A stretch of DNA of 64,000 nt from a bacterium (GCA_963662285.2 CAXXMV010000006.1:160001-224000); one strand, 5' to 3'. Shown: positions 48,324-58,339, numbered from the stretch's first letter. Notes: generated from the letters alone by a model not told the origin. Made by a program: numbers and translations.

Positions 48324-49139
48324 ATGCACAAAAACCTGTCTAAATTCGGAATACTGGGAAATAGCGAAGCAATGCTGGGATTGGCCGATATGACATACGC
48401 CGCCGCGCCTCATTGGGATTCAGTCCTGCTGAGCGGAGAGCGGGGTACTGGCAAGGAACTATTGGCCAAAGCGGTGCACCTGCTTGGTCCAACCAGAGGA
48501 GCGGCGCCGGTTATTATCGATTGCGCAACGCTGCATCCGGCTACGGTGGAAGCGACATTGTTCGGTCATGAACGCGGCGCCTTTACCGGCGCCGTGCACC
48601 GTAAAATAGGCTTTCTGGAAGCCGCCCATGAGGGCACGGTCTTTCTTGATGAGATAAGCGCCCTGCCCTTGGACGCCCAGGGGCGTCTGCTGCGCTTTCT
48701 GGAAATGCAGACCATTACCAGAATAGGCGCGTCGAAACCGATTCGCATTCAAACTCGAATTATTGCTGCGACCAACCGCGATTTGGCTATTGATATGGCC
48801 AATGGCGCCTTTCTGCCTGATCTATATGACCGGCTCAGCGTTTTGAATATCCAAGCTCCACCGCTGAGAGATCGTCATGGCGATCTACCTATACTGTTGG
48901 ATCATTTCATCGGCGCGAAGGAGAGAACGCGTTTTACGCAGGATGGTATGGCATTTCTGGATGAACATCCATTCTATGGCAATGTTCGCGAATTACGCAA
49001 CCTGTGCCGCCGCTTGGGCGTTTTTCATCCCAAAGGCCGCATAGATAGAAATATTGTTCAAACCCTGTTGCAGACAGAAACTAAGCAGTTAAAAATCTCA
49101 GTTATGCGTTCCAGGGATGCGCGTCAATTTACGTGTTGA
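48324..49139 (+). CDS. Sigma54-interacting AAA+ protein with neither a sensory nor an HTH domain
   Basis: GERGTGKE, LFGHERGAFTGA, VFLDEI, IAATNRDL and GNVRELRN. Only about 8 aa precede the AAA core, and there is no Fis-type HTH. Confidence 0.85.
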   Translation: MHKNLSKFGILGNSEAMLGLADMTYAAAPHWDSVLLSGERGTGKELLAKAVHLLGPTRGAAPVIIDCATLHPATVEATLFGHERGAFTGAVHRKIGFLEAAHEGTVFLDEISALPLDAQGRLLRFLEMQTITRIGASKPIRIQTRIIAATNRDLAIDMANGAFLPDLYDRLSVLNIQAPPLRDRHGDLPILLDHFIGAKERTRFTQDGMAFLDEHPFYGNVRELRNLCRRLGVFHPKGRIDRNIVQTLLQTETKQLKISVMRSRDARQFTC

Positions 49140-49863
49140 AATGTTTATTGAAGCGCCTCAATAGATAAAGGTTGATTGATGCATGAACTATCACGCCGCC
49201 GATAAAATAGTTGACGAAATAGGATTGATTACCGGTGGCGATCCAGAATAGTTTCATAGGCCAGAAATTGGGAATGATCCATATAAGCATCTGATAACCC
49301 GGAGATATAAAATAGGCGACCAGCGGCAGGGCGATGATGGTTCCCATGCCCTTCATAATGGCGAATCCCTGCACTTTGTTTTTAGCGATCGGCACCATGC
49401 ATAATGCAAAAATGGGCGCTTCGGTCGATGCCAGTAAGGTTATTAACCAAAGGCGAGAAGCAGGCGTGGTGGTCAGTTGAGCGATGGGAACAATGAGCAT
49501 GGTTAGTATGATGCATATTACGCTGGGGAACATTATGCGGTAGAACAAATATATATTCATCGGAATGGGAGTCACTCTAAGGGCGGAGAGGGTGTCATCA
49601 TCCCTTTCGTCGAGCAGCAGAAAACCGATGACCATGCCGAACAGTATGGGCGGCACGCAGATTAAGAGATAACTGACAATGAGTGGATAGTAGAGCGTAA
49701 GATCAACTTTGTCAGCCAACGCACTGGTGATGGGCGGCACGGCCCAGCGCAAGGTAAAAGCATACACAAAAGGCAGTACGACCATCAAAAAGAGCAGGTT
49801 ATCGCGCCGCACGAGTTTCAAATCGTTCTTACCCATTACCTTGAACAAGGAGATTATATTCAT
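49129..49863 (-). CDS. ABC-2 exporter permease (Rv2686c-like fluoroquinolone export family)
   Basis: LLDERDDDTLSALRVTP and AKNKVQGFA, with 6 TMs. Confidence 0.85.
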   Translation of the reverse strand: MNIISLFKVMGKNDLKLVRRDNLLFLMVVLPFVYAFTLRWAVPPITSALADKVDLTLYYPLIVSYLLICVPPILFGMVIGFLLLDERDDDTLSALRVTPIPMNIYLFYRIMFPSVICIILTMLIVPIAQLTTTPASRLWLITLLASTEAPIFALCMVPIAKNKVQGFAIMKGMGTIIALPLVAYFISPGYQMLIWIIPNFWPMKLFWIATGNQSYFVNYFIGGVIVHASINLYLLRRFNKHFNT

Positions 49864-49864
49864 C

Positions 49865-50566
49865 TTACGACATCTCCTTGCGGATAATAAATCGCTCGAA
49901 TGACCGATGCGCCAGGTAGAAAAATATAACGATAGCGATTACGGGATAAACAATCGCATAAATATATTGATAAAAGGTGATGGATTGAAAAGCGCCTTGA
50001 AACAGCAGCAATGGACCATAACTGGGCCAGGGGATGAACATCCACTGCGGGATTTTATCGATAAAATTAAAGAAGGGTAATTGAATAATAGTTGTGCATA
50101 GCACCGCAGGCATGATGAAATCGGTCACTGAATCGAACCGGGCGATAAGGATTAAACCGAGCAACGCGTATTGTACGGAGATCAATAACGCACCGGTCAG
50201 CAGAGTGATCCAGTATAAATCATAGCCATAAGAGCAGATGATAATGAAAAGGTTCTCGATCAGCATCATGGCGGTCAGCGTGATAATCTTGGAATAGAGA
50301 TATTCAGAGGTGCGAAGGGGTGAAACAACCATGCTTTCCAGGATTCCTTCTGATTTTTCGAGCAGCACCAGCCCGGCGATGAAAAAGAAGGCGATAGACA
50401 TGGCGATGTATAAAAAATAGGGTATAACCACTTTGAGCATTTCCGGGCTGAACATGTTGCGCATCACGATGATCATGGTGATAGCCACGAACAGGGAAGC
50501 GTAGTAGAAGCCATTGCGCCATTGCAGGGCGACGTCCAGTTTTAGCGTCGAAAGCAGCCGGTTCAT
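49865..50566 (-). CDS. ABC-2 exporter permease (Rv2687c-like)
   Basis: LQWRNGFY and LLEKSEGILESMVVSPL..EYL.SK. Confidence 0.85.
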   Translation of the reverse strand: MNRLLSTLKLDVALQWRNGFYYASLFVAITMIIVMRNMFSPEMLKVVIPYFLYIAMSIAFFFIAGLVLLEKSEGILESMVVSPLRTSEYLYSKIITLTAMMLIENLFIIICSYGYDLYWITLLTGALLISVQYALLGLILIARFDSVTDFIMPAVLCTTIIQLPFFNFIDKIPQWMFIPWPSYGPLLLFQGAFQSITFYQYIYAIVYPVIAIVIFFYLAHRSFERFIIRKEMS

Positions 50567-51417
50567 GACAGGCTCCTTCCGGTAACTTCGATAAATATTT
50601 TCTCCAGGGTGGTTTCCAGGGTGTGGATAGTTTCGATGTCGCGTTGGTTTAATAAAGTTAAAAAATCCTGGTTAGCGCCCAGGTTTTTTAAGGGAAATTC
50701 CTGAGCGGAGGTTTTGTCTTCAACATGATATTCAACCCGCACCTTGGCTTCTCCATAGCGCAGTTTTAATTGACGCGGCGAGTCGGTCAACGCGATTTTG
50801 CCATCGACCAGAAATGCCGCCCGGTCGCATAGTTGATCTGCCACGGTCATGTCATGAGTGGTGAGAAAGATAGTTGTTCCCTGATCTTTCTTCTGCTGTA
50901 TGATCTCTTTGATAAGATGGGCGTTGACCGGATCGAGACCCGCCGTAGGTTCATCGAGAAAGAGCAGATCGGGTTTATGCAGCAAAGCGCGGGCGAAATT
51001 CAAGCGGATTTTCATGCCCTTGGAGAATTGGGATACGCGCAGACGACCGTCATCGTTTAGATTAACCATATCGAGCAGCGCTTGCGGAGATTCTGTTTCG
51101 CCGCTGTATAAAGATCGGAAATATTGCAAATTTTCCAATGCGGTTAGTTTAAGAAAATGATTGGGAAATTCAAAACTGACTCCGATGCGTTCGTAGAGGT
51201 TCGAGCGCCATGAACTCAGGTCTTGGCCGAGGATTTCGATATCGCCCCGGTAATTCTTCAGCAGACCTATGAGGATTTTCTGCGTGGTGCTTTTTCCAGA
51301 ACCGCTGGGGCCGAGAAAGCCGAATATTTCACCTTTGGCAATTGAGAAGGAAATATCTTTAATCGTCGGCTGTTGCGCGGTTGGATAAGTAAAATCGAGC
51401 TGATTGACCTTGATCAT
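50563..51417 (-). CDS. ABC-2 exporter ATP-binding protein
   Basis: GPSGSGKST, FSKGM, FLDEPTAGLDP and TTHDM. Confidence 0.95.
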   Translation of the reverse strand: MIKVNQLDFTYPTAQQPTIKDISFSIAKGEIFGFLGPSGSGKSTTQKILIGLLKNYRGDIEILGQDLSSWRSNLYERIGVSFEFPNHFLKLTALENLQYFRSLYSGETESPQALLDMVNLNDDGRLRVSQFSKGMKIRLNFARALLHKPDLLFLDEPTAGLDPVNAHLIKEIIQQKKDQGTTIFLTTHDMTVADQLCDRAAFLVDGKIALTDSPRQLKLRYGEAKVRVEYHVEDKTSAQEFPLKNLGANQDFLTLLNQRDIETIHTLETTLEKIFIEVTGRSLS

Positions 51418-51459
51418 GATTCAGATTGCCTCTTATTACTGTTATATTAACTTTGGTGG

Positions 51460-51550
51460 ATTCTCCCCCCAAGTTTGAGGGAGTTAGAGGGGGGTTGCGT
51501 CTCAACGAATCAACCTCCATCTAACCTCCACCCAGGCTTGAGTAAGGGAT
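51460..51550. repeat. REP-like doublet, family C (CCCCCAAG / CTAACCTCC), degenerate copy
   Basis: TCTCCCCCCAAGTTTGAGGGAGTTAGAGGGGGGTTG..CAACCTCCATCTAACCTCCACCCAGGCTTG aligns with 60154-60237. Confidence 0.75.
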
Positions 51551-51646
51551 AACGCACTAAAAATAGTTGATCTATTACATTTTATAAGTGAAACAACGCT
51601 TTCGCCTAATGATATCATCAAAAGAATGTGATACATTACAATTACT

Positions 51647-52882
51647 ATGAAAAGTACAATAAAAAAACAAATCCGCGCCTGGTACGTCTACGACCTGGCC
51701 AATACTATATTCTCTGCTTTATTCTTAACCTTCTTCTTTCCACCATATATTAAGGAATATCTTGGGGGGCATGAAGGCCACATCGGCACGGTCACCGGTA
51801 TATCAACCCTGCTGGCGGGATTAACCGTTCCATTCGCCGGGGCGCTGTCGGATTATATAGGCCGCCGTATGCCGTTTCTTATGATATTTACCATCGGTTG
51901 CTGCGTCGCCACAGCGTTAATCAGCATTTCGAACCTTTATTGGGCTTTGGGTTTAGCGGTTATGGCCAACTTTTTTTATGGTATATCGCTGGCTATATAT
52001 GACGCTCTGCTGCCCAAACTGGCGCCGCCCGATAAGCAGGGAACCATCAGCGGCTATGGGGTGGGCGTGGGTTACCTGGGAACGCCGATCTCCTTGATCG
52101 CTGTATCGATTCTATTGTACTTTCTAGGCTGGGAGAGTGAGATTGGCATACGGTCTGTTTTCGTCTTGACCGCCGTGCTGTTTCTAGGGATATCGATTTA
52201 CCCTTTCATGGTGATAAAAGAAGAGAAGAGTTCGGTAGATGGATCATTGACTGATCATATTGTTTCAATCCTGCGAGAGATTAAGCAGTCGGTGCGGCAG
52301 ATACCCGGCATCAAAGGTTTTTTGCCTTTTTTGCTATGCGCCTTCTTCTTTTATAACGCCATCATGGCGGTGGTTCTTTTCCTCTATTTATTCGGCCAGG
52401 AAGAATTGGGATTAACCAAGATGCAGTTCGTCCCCATCTACGCCGGGATGGCGTTCGCCGCAGCTATCGGCGCGGTAGCCAGTGGATATCTATCTGATAA
52501 GTTTTCGCCTAAGCAGATATTGAAATGGTCGGCGTGGGTGTGGATTGTTGTACTGACCTGTTTTATTTTCGTCGCCAACATGACGGTATTCGTGATTGGC
52601 GGCATGATAGGCGGTATGGCTATGGCCGCTTATCTGACCGCGGCGCGTCCTCAGTTGATTAAATTCGCTGATCCCCAAAAAATGGGAGAATATTTCGGCT
52701 TCATGGCGCTGACCAACAAAGCCAGCGGCTTCATGGGTCCAGCGGTTTTCGGATGGATCGTAGCAACCACCAATTATAAAATCGGCCTGGGCGTTTTGAT
52801 CGCCTTTTTTGTGATTGGATTGGTATTTCTAACCTGGGTGCCGGATGAAGAGAAAATTGTAATTACCAAAGTGGATTCGTAA
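51647..52882 (+). CDS. MFS transporter (UMF1/ATG22-like)
   Basis: AWYVYDLAN, GALSDYIGRR, YDALLP..ISGYG.GVGYLG and GEYFG. Confidence 0.88.
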   Translation: MKSTIKKQIRAWYVYDLANTIFSALFLTFFFPPYIKEYLGGHEGHIGTVTGISTLLAGLTVPFAGALSDYIGRRMPFLMIFTIGCCVATALISISNLYWALGLAVMANFFYGISLAIYDALLPKLAPPDKQGTISGYGVGVGYLGTPISLIAVSILLYFLGWESEIGIRSVFVLTAVLFLGISIYPFMVIKEEKSSVDGSLTDHIVSILREIKQSVRQIPGIKGFLPFLLCAFFFYNAIMAVVLFLYLFGQEELGLTKMQFVPIYAGMAFAAAIGAVASGYLSDKFSPKQILKWSAWVWIVVLTCFIFVANMTVFVIGGMIGGMAMAAYLTAARPQLIKFADPQKMGEYFGFMALTNKASGFMGPAVFGWIVATTNYKIGLGVLIAFFVIGLVFLTWVPDEEKIVITKVDS

Positions 52883-52883
52883 T

Positions 52884-52910
52884 CGGGTAACCACAAGGGA
52901 TTACCCCTAC
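52884..52910 (-). repeat. GTAG-type REP palindrome (family B-like)
   Basis: The minus strand reads GTAGGGGTAATCCCTTGTGGTTACCCG. Confidence 0.7.
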
Positions 52911-52923
52911 GGTTATTTGGTGA

Positions 52924-53148
52924 TGGGCGCCAAGGGCAGCGTCCTTTCTGCCCTTGACGACAACTATTTAGAAACTGAACAATTTCTCTTTTTTATCCTT
53001 TTTTATATAATTATTGATATATTGCTCCAATTGTCAAAACTTTATTGTTGATCATAATTCTGTTTATTGAGTGAAACGTAGATGAAAATTATAGAGATGA
53101 AATAAGTTAATTGAATCAAGGGCAGAAAATACACTGCCCTTGGCACCC
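52924..53148. repeat. Inverted pair of family D hairpins (GGGYGCCAAGGGCAG..CTGCCCTTGA) enclosing about 160 bp of AT-rich DNA
   Basis: GGGCGCCAAGGGCAGCGTCCTTTCTGCCCTTGA at 52925 and an inverted copy TCAAGGGCAGAAAATACACTGCCCTTGGCACCC at 53116. Related units near 60254 and 61457. Confidence 0.65.
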
Positions 53149-53256
53149 GTTATTGTCGTATCCTCAACCCATAAATATAATTAGTATTTCTGAGTAAAGA
53201 TCAGAAACTTGGGGTAGGGATTAGAAATGTATTACATATATAGAAGGAAGAAACCA

Positions 53257-54090
53257 ATGTCATTAAAAAAATTATTTAATCGTCAAGTTATCGGTTGTTG
53301 CGCTATGTTCCTGCTGGTGTCTGCTTCAGCGATGGCGGAGGCTGATTGGCCTGGAACCAAGAAACTCTGGAATGGTTTTGATTGCTATGAATTTGAAATG
53401 GCTGGACGCGCTTGCAAAGTTGTGACGCCCCAGACGCCGCACGAAACGCATCCCTGGATTTGGCGGGCGCGTTTTTGGGGACATGAACCGCAAACCGATA
53501 TTGTTTTGCTCGAAAAGGGATTCCATCTGGTCTATATGGATGTGGCTGATCTTTATGGATCGCCTAAAGCAGTGGCATTGTGGAACAAGTTTTATGACTT
53601 TCTACGCAGCAAAGGCTTGTCGGAAAAATGCGTCCTGGAAGGAATGAGCCGGGGTGGATTGATTATCTATAACTGGGCGGCGGACAATCCAACCAAGGTG
53701 GCATGTATCTATGGTGACGCGCCGGTGTGCGACGTTAAAAGCTGGCCGGGCGGCAAAGGCGATGGGCCGGGCAGCGCTGGAGACTGGCAACGTTGTCTCA
53801 AAGCTTATGGCATGAATGAAGCGGAGATGATGGCGTTTAAGGGTAATCCCATCGATCGTCTGAAACCATTGGCGAAAGCCAAAATTCCTCTGATCAATGT
53901 ATGCGGCGCGGCGGATAAAGTTGTACCTATCAAAGAGAATACTCACATCTTGCAAGAACGTTACTTGAAATTAGGCGGCCTGATTCTCGTAATCGAAAAG
54001 GAAGGCGTGGGGCATCACCCGCATTCACTCAAGGATCCTAAACCCATTGTGGATTTTATTCTGGAGCATACAATTCCTAGTCGTATCTAG
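53257..54090 (+). CDS. Secreted alpha/beta hydrolase (putative carbohydrate esterase)
   Basis: Signal peptide ending AMA, PWIWRARFWGHEPQ, nucleophile elbow GMSRGG, D.VVP and GHHPHSL. Confidence 0.8.
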   Translation: MSLKKLFNRQVIGCCAMFLLVSASAMAEADWPGTKKLWNGFDCYEFEMAGRACKVVTPQTPHETHPWIWRARFWGHEPQTDIVLLEKGFHLVYMDVADLYGSPKAVALWNKFYDFLRSKGLSEKCVLEGMSRGGLIIYNWAADNPTKVACIYGDAPVCDVKSWPGGKGDGPGSAGDWQRCLKAYGMNEAEMMAFKGNPIDRLKPLAKAKIPLINVCGAADKVVPIKENTHILQERYLKLGGLILVIEKEGVGHHPHSLKDPKPIVDFILEHTIPSRI

Positions 54091-54136
54091 TATATTGTAC
54101 TCAGCTGACTGGTTGGTAAAAATATTGGAGGAACTA

Positions 54137-54712
54137 ATGAACAACAAGGGATTTACTCTAATTGAACTTCTGATTGTTGTTGCTATTATCGGTATCCTGG
54201 CTGCTATCGCCGTCCCGAATTTTTTGAATGCGCAGGTCAGAGCGAAAATCGCGCGGGCGCAAAGCGATGTTCGCAGCATCGATCAATCGATCCGCATGTA
54301 TCAACTGGATAACAATATGTTCCCGGTGCGGGGCGGATGGATGGACGAACGCTTTATTCCATTGACTACTCCTGTTTCGTATATGTCGTCGATTCCGATT
54401 GATCCGTTTAATCCCAATCCTACTGATACAGCAGGAGGCCGGGCCAAAGATAGCAACAATCGCTTGGGGAATTATGATTACTGGACCCGATTTTGGGCTA
54501 ATGGCAATTCAAAGTCGGGCAACTATTGGGGGCCGCAGACAGCTTTCCCTCTAGGTAAGTATGAATGGCAATTAAGGGGCTTTGGCCCGACTCAGACCTG
54601 GATTCCCAGTCTGGTATATCCCCAGGGGCATCCCAATGCGGGCGAATATATGAGTTATGATATGTCCAATGGTTTGATAAGCGAAGGCAATATTATAAAG
54701 TATGGTCCATGA
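54137..54712 (+). CDS. Type IV pilin/pseudopilin-like protein (prepilin N-terminal cleavage/methylation motif)
   Basis: ATG 54137 follows GGAGG. MNNKG|FTLIELLIVVAIIGILAAIAVPNF, LTTPVSY..IPIDPF and YDMSNGLISEGNI. Confidence 0.92.
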   Translation: MNNKGFTLIELLIVVAIIGILAAIAVPNFLNAQVRAKIARAQSDVRSIDQSIRMYQLDNNMFPVRGGWMDERFIPLTTPVSYMSSIPIDPFNPNPTDTAGGRAKDSNNRLGNYDYWTRFWANGNSKSGNYWGPQTAFPLGKYEWQLRGFGPTQTWIPSLVYPQGHPNAGEYMSYDMSNGLISEGNIIKYGP

Positions 54713-54742
54713 GTTATGTGTATAAAAAATGAGGAGATCAAG

Positions 54743-57004
54743 ATGAATCGTATCAAATTTATTGCACTTTTAGTTGGGGTATTGATTATGGCTGTTTCGA
54801 GTAGGGCATCAGCCCTTCAGCCGCGAGCTGAACACCCCATGCCGAACATGCAGAGGGCGCAATGGCTTAATCTTAATGGCCTGTGGGATTTCGCCGAGAC
54901 TGATGACGATAGCGACGAGTCGTTTTTAAGCGCAGAATCTTTCCCTGATAAGATTGTGGTTCCGTTTTGCCGTGAAAGTAAACTGTCCGGATTGGAACGC
55001 AAAGGTTTTGTCAACAATGTATGGTACCGCCGCAAGTTTTCCGCGCCCGGCAACTGGAATGCGGATCGCATCAGGCTGCATATCGGCGCCTGCGACTGGA
55101 TTACGCGGGTATGGGTTAATGGTAAGTATATTGGAAAACACGAAGGCGGCTATTCAGCCTTTGCATTCGATATAACCAAAGCATTATGCAGCGGCGAAAA
55201 CACTGTGATTATCCATGCTTATGATAACGCCCGCAGCGGCTTGCAGCCTTTGGGCAAGCAGTCGCGCCGCGAGAAGAGCCACGGCATCTTCTATACCCGC
55301 ACCACCGGGATATGGCAGACGGTATGGCTCGAAGGCGTGGCTTCCAGTTTTGTCCGCGATTTTAAGTTAACTCTTGATCCCGATCATTCCCGCATCCTGC
55401 TTCAGGCTGAAGTGGATGGCCCGTCTCAGGGATTAACCGTATGCGCCACCGCCAGCGCCAATGGTGAAAAAGTGGGTTACGCCGAATGCGATGCGTCCTG
55501 GCGGAATAATATACTGGTAGTCGATTTGTCGGAAAAACATCTCTGGGCGGTCGATGATCCATTTCTGTATGATCTGAAAGTCGTGCTGAAAAAAGGCGGT
55601 CAAGCCATAGACGCTATCAATAGTTATTTCGGTTTGCGCAAAGTGACTATCGAAGGCGGGGCTATTTTGATTAATGATAAACCAGTCTTCCAACGGCTGG
55701 TGCTGGATCAGGGCTTTTATCCCGACGGCGTTTGGACTGCTCCCAGCGACGCCCAATTGAAAGGCGATATCACATTATCAAAATCAGTCGGTTTCAATGG
55801 CGCCCGATTGCATCAGAAAGTTTTTGAACCAAGATTCCTCTATTGGGCGGATAAATTGGGCTACCTGGTCTGGGGAGAGTATCCCAGTTATGGCGCCGAC
55901 TATGATAATCCAGCGGTTAACCGTCCGCTGATTGATGAGTGGGTCAACCTGGTGCGGCGCGACCGCAACCACCCGTCGATTATCGGCTGGTGCACCTTCA
56001 ATGAGACTCCGGGAGACGCCGGAGATCTGCAAAACACCATTGTCACCATCAACCGGACGCTTGATCCGTCGCGGCCCGTGATTGATACCAGCGGCTGGGT
56101 GCATCAGGCGCCTGACCCTGAAGTTATGGACGCCCATGATTACAACCAGGATCCGAAAGCGCTCCGGGAACGCTGGGAAAACTATTTCACCTCAGCGCCG
56201 CTTCCATCTCAATATGGCGAAAGCACAGGTCGGGGCATCCCCTTTTATTTAAGTGAATTCGGCGGGATAGGCTGGTTTGAACATCAAGAAGGCGATTCAT
56301 GGGGCTATGGGAACAATCCCAAAACCTTAGACGAATTCTACCAACGTTTCGCCGGACTTATTAATGCGCAGATGGATAACCCGAATCTATTCGGATATTG
56401 CTACACCCAGCTGACCGATATCGAGCAGGAAAAGAACGGCGTTTTTTATTATGACCGCTCAGCCAAATTCGATGCGGACAAGTTGCACGCCATTCAATCG
56501 CGTAAGGCCGCTTATGAGATTGACCCGCCACTGCAAACCAAGACGTTAACCGCCAATTATCAGGTTCTTATGGGCGCTGCGCCGGATGGTAAGTACGTCT
56601 GGAAATATGCATTAGAAAAACCTGCTGATGAGTGGATGAATATCAAGTTTGATGATGCAGCATGGCGACAAGGTCCAGGCGGCTTCGGCCAGAAGGGCGG
56701 CGTTGAGAAATATATCGCAACCAAATGGAATAGCAAAAATATCTGGCTGCGCCGTGAATTCCAATATGATGGAACCGCTTTTGATAATGCCATGTTAGTA
56801 ATTCATTTCGACAATGATACGAAAGTATATGTCAATGGAAAGTTAGTCTGGCAAAAGACGGGTTGGAACGACCGCTACATGGGCTATGAAATAACTGAAA
56901 AACTGCGTAGCGCATTGAGCAAGGGCGACAATACAATCGCCATACACTGCGCTCAGGATACCGGCGGTCAGTTTATTGATGCTGCTATATTGCTGCAACG
57001 ATAG
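54743..57004 (+). CDS. Secreted glycoside hydrolase family 2 with a C-terminal beta-sandwich/CBM-like domain
   Basis: WLNLNGLWDF, HEGGYSAF, TGIWQTVWLE, LDQGFYPDG, NHPSIIGWCTFNE (acid/base), LSEFGG (nucleophile) and YTQLTDIEQE. Start chosen after GAGGAG; the ORF track start is 54716. Confidence 0.92.
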   Translation: MNRIKFIALLVGVLIMAVSSRASALQPRAEHPMPNMQRAQWLNLNGLWDFAETDDDSDESFLSAESFPDKIVVPFCRESKLSGLERKGFVNNVWYRRKFSAPGNWNADRIRLHIGACDWITRVWVNGKYIGKHEGGYSAFAFDITKALCSGENTVIIHAYDNARSGLQPLGKQSRREKSHGIFYTRTTGIWQTVWLEGVASSFVRDFKLTLDPDHSRILLQAEVDGPSQGLTVCATASANGEKVGYAECDASWRNNILVVDLSEKHLWAVDDPFLYDLKVVLKKGGQAIDAINSYFGLRKVTIEGGAILINDKPVFQRLVLDQGFYPDGVWTAPSDAQLKGDITLSKSVGFNGARLHQKVFEPRFLYWADKLGYLVWGEYPSYGADYDNPAVNRPLIDEWVNLVRRDRNHPSIIGWCTFNETPGDAGDLQNTIVTINRTLDPSRPVIDTSGWVHQAPDPEVMDAHDYNQDPKALRERWENYFTSAPLPSQYGESTGRGIPFYLSEFGGIGWFEHQEGDSWGYGNNPKTLDEFYQRFAGLINAQMDNPNLFGYCYTQLTDIEQEKNGVFYYDRSAKFDADKLHAIQSRKAAYEIDPPLQTKTLTANYQVLMGAAPDGKYVWKYALEKPADEWMNIKFDDAAWRQGPGGFGQKGGVEKYIATKWNSKNIWLRREFQYDGTAFDNAMLVIHFDNDTKVYVNGKLVWQKTGWNDRYMGYEITEKLRSALSKGDNTIAIHCAQDTGGQFIDAAILLQR

Positions 57005-57021
57005 AAGAACAAACCACCAAA

Positions 57022-57052
57022 GCGTAGGATGGGTCAGCCTCACCGACCCATC
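57022..57052 (+). repeat. GTAG-type REP palindrome
   Basis: GCGTAGGATGGGTC-AGCCTCACC-GACCCATC. Confidence 0.7.
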
Positions 57053-57073
57053 AAAAATCCACCCAATCAATCC

Positions 57074-57107
57074 AAAATCCTCTCCCCCAACTAGGGAGAG
57101 GATTTTT
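57074..57107. terminator. Bidirectional terminator-like hairpin between convergent genes
   Basis: AAAATCCTCTCCC-CCAACTA-GGGAGAGGATTTTT. Confidence 0.7.
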
Positions 57108-57144
57108 ATTTGCCTCATATATTCAAATATCTATTAAGGATAAT

Positions 57145-58278
57145 CTAACGCCATATAAAATTCCGAATTTCCTGATAGGCGCTTTTTACGATAACCGAGC
57201 GGTCGAATTCCTGCAATTGGGGGCAGTTGACGCATGGTTCGGGGATATCGCCTTCAAAGAGCCTACGGCGCATATCTGTGATGAATGGATGATTGCGCCA
57301 TTCGGTTGAATGGGGATTATCCAATCTGCCCAGGTGGATATTGGTAATGTAACAGCAGGGGAAGAGATCGCCTTCGCCTTGAATCATAGCGTTGCGCCAT
57401 AGGAAAAAGCAGAAATGCGGCGTCTTGTTATGCTCGCAGGTGCACTCATGTTTGGTAACTAATCCGCGCTGTTCGTTGACGTATTGGATAGCCTTGAGGA
57501 ATGACAGAGTATCGAGGTCCCAGAAATAGAAAGGTATGCCAAGTTGCTCAGCCCGTTGCCGGGCAAGTTCAACAGGTTCTTTCATCTCTTCTTTATCAAC
57601 CCATAGTTCATTGCGCTTCCGGGCGCTCATGAAGATTACTGGATGTACTATTATCTCTTCGCATCCGGTTTCATGGGCGATATCGGGAAACTCCGGTAAT
57701 TCATCCAGGTTTTGCGGCATGATGCCATACGACAGGCGCAGCATGGGGAGAGTCGACCCCATCTCTTTTTTCAAGCGGGTCAGGCATTTGATGTTTTCAA
57801 TGATTCGGGGCAGTCCGCCGGGGGGGCGCACCGCGTCAAAGGTCTCAGGCCGCGCCGCATCCAGCGATATACCGACCGATTTAACCCCCGATTCAATCAG
57901 CTCGCGGCAGCGCTTTTCGTCCATCAAGGTTCCATTAGTGGACAGGCTGACGTCGGCGCCGAATGAAGTGACGTAATTCACCTTGTCGATATAATGGCGG
58001 TCGATCATCGGTTCGCCCAGGCCGTAGAGGCTGACGTCTTTGGCGCGTTTGAGCAGCGGTTCCAAAGTCTTGTAATAATCCAACTCAAGTTTCTCGTTAT
58101 AGGGCAGCAGGTTGCCGTCGTGCCCCTCGCGCGGGCATTGGATGCATCTGAGGTTGCAATGCGATGTTGTCCCGACGGATAATTCCACTGGAAAAGCCTG
58201 GGTCTTGCTTCTGGCCAACAGCAGATCGATATAGGCGTGTATTAGGTTGAATAGTTTAAAAAGTTTAAGAATTTTCAT
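57145..58278 (-). CDS. Radical SAM protein with a SPASM/twitch-type C-terminal domain
   Basis: CNLRCIQC, GLGEP, STNGTL and ISLDA motifs. C-terminal CFFLW..GDLFPCC..CVNC. Confidence 0.92.
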   Translation of the reverse strand: MKILKLFKLFNLIHAYIDLLLARSKTQAFPVELSVGTTSHCNLRCIQCPREGHDGNLLPYNEKLELDYYKTLEPLLKRAKDVSLYGLGEPMIDRHYIDKVNYVTSFGADVSLSTNGTLMDEKRCRELIESGVKSVGISLDAARPETFDAVRPPGGLPRIIENIKCLTRLKKEMGSTLPMLRLSYGIMPQNLDELPEFPDIAHETGCEEIIVHPVIFMSARKRNELWVDKEEMKEPVELARQRAEQLGIPFYFWDLDTLSFLKAIQYVNEQRGLVTKHECTCEHNKTPHFCFFLWRNAMIQGEGDLFPCCYITNIHLGRLDNPHSTEWRNHPFITDMRRRLFEGDIPEPCVNCPQLQEFDRSVIVKSAYQEIRNFIWR

Positions 58279-58339
58279 GAATGCTCCTGAATATAATTCT
58301 ATTGCGAATAGGAAAATCGAAACAGTGGTTCAGCATCAT

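Noticed and set aside
49129-51417. ABC exporter as a bona fide fluoroquinolone resistance determinant
   Set aside because: Family resemblance only; the substrate cannot be inferred from sequence.
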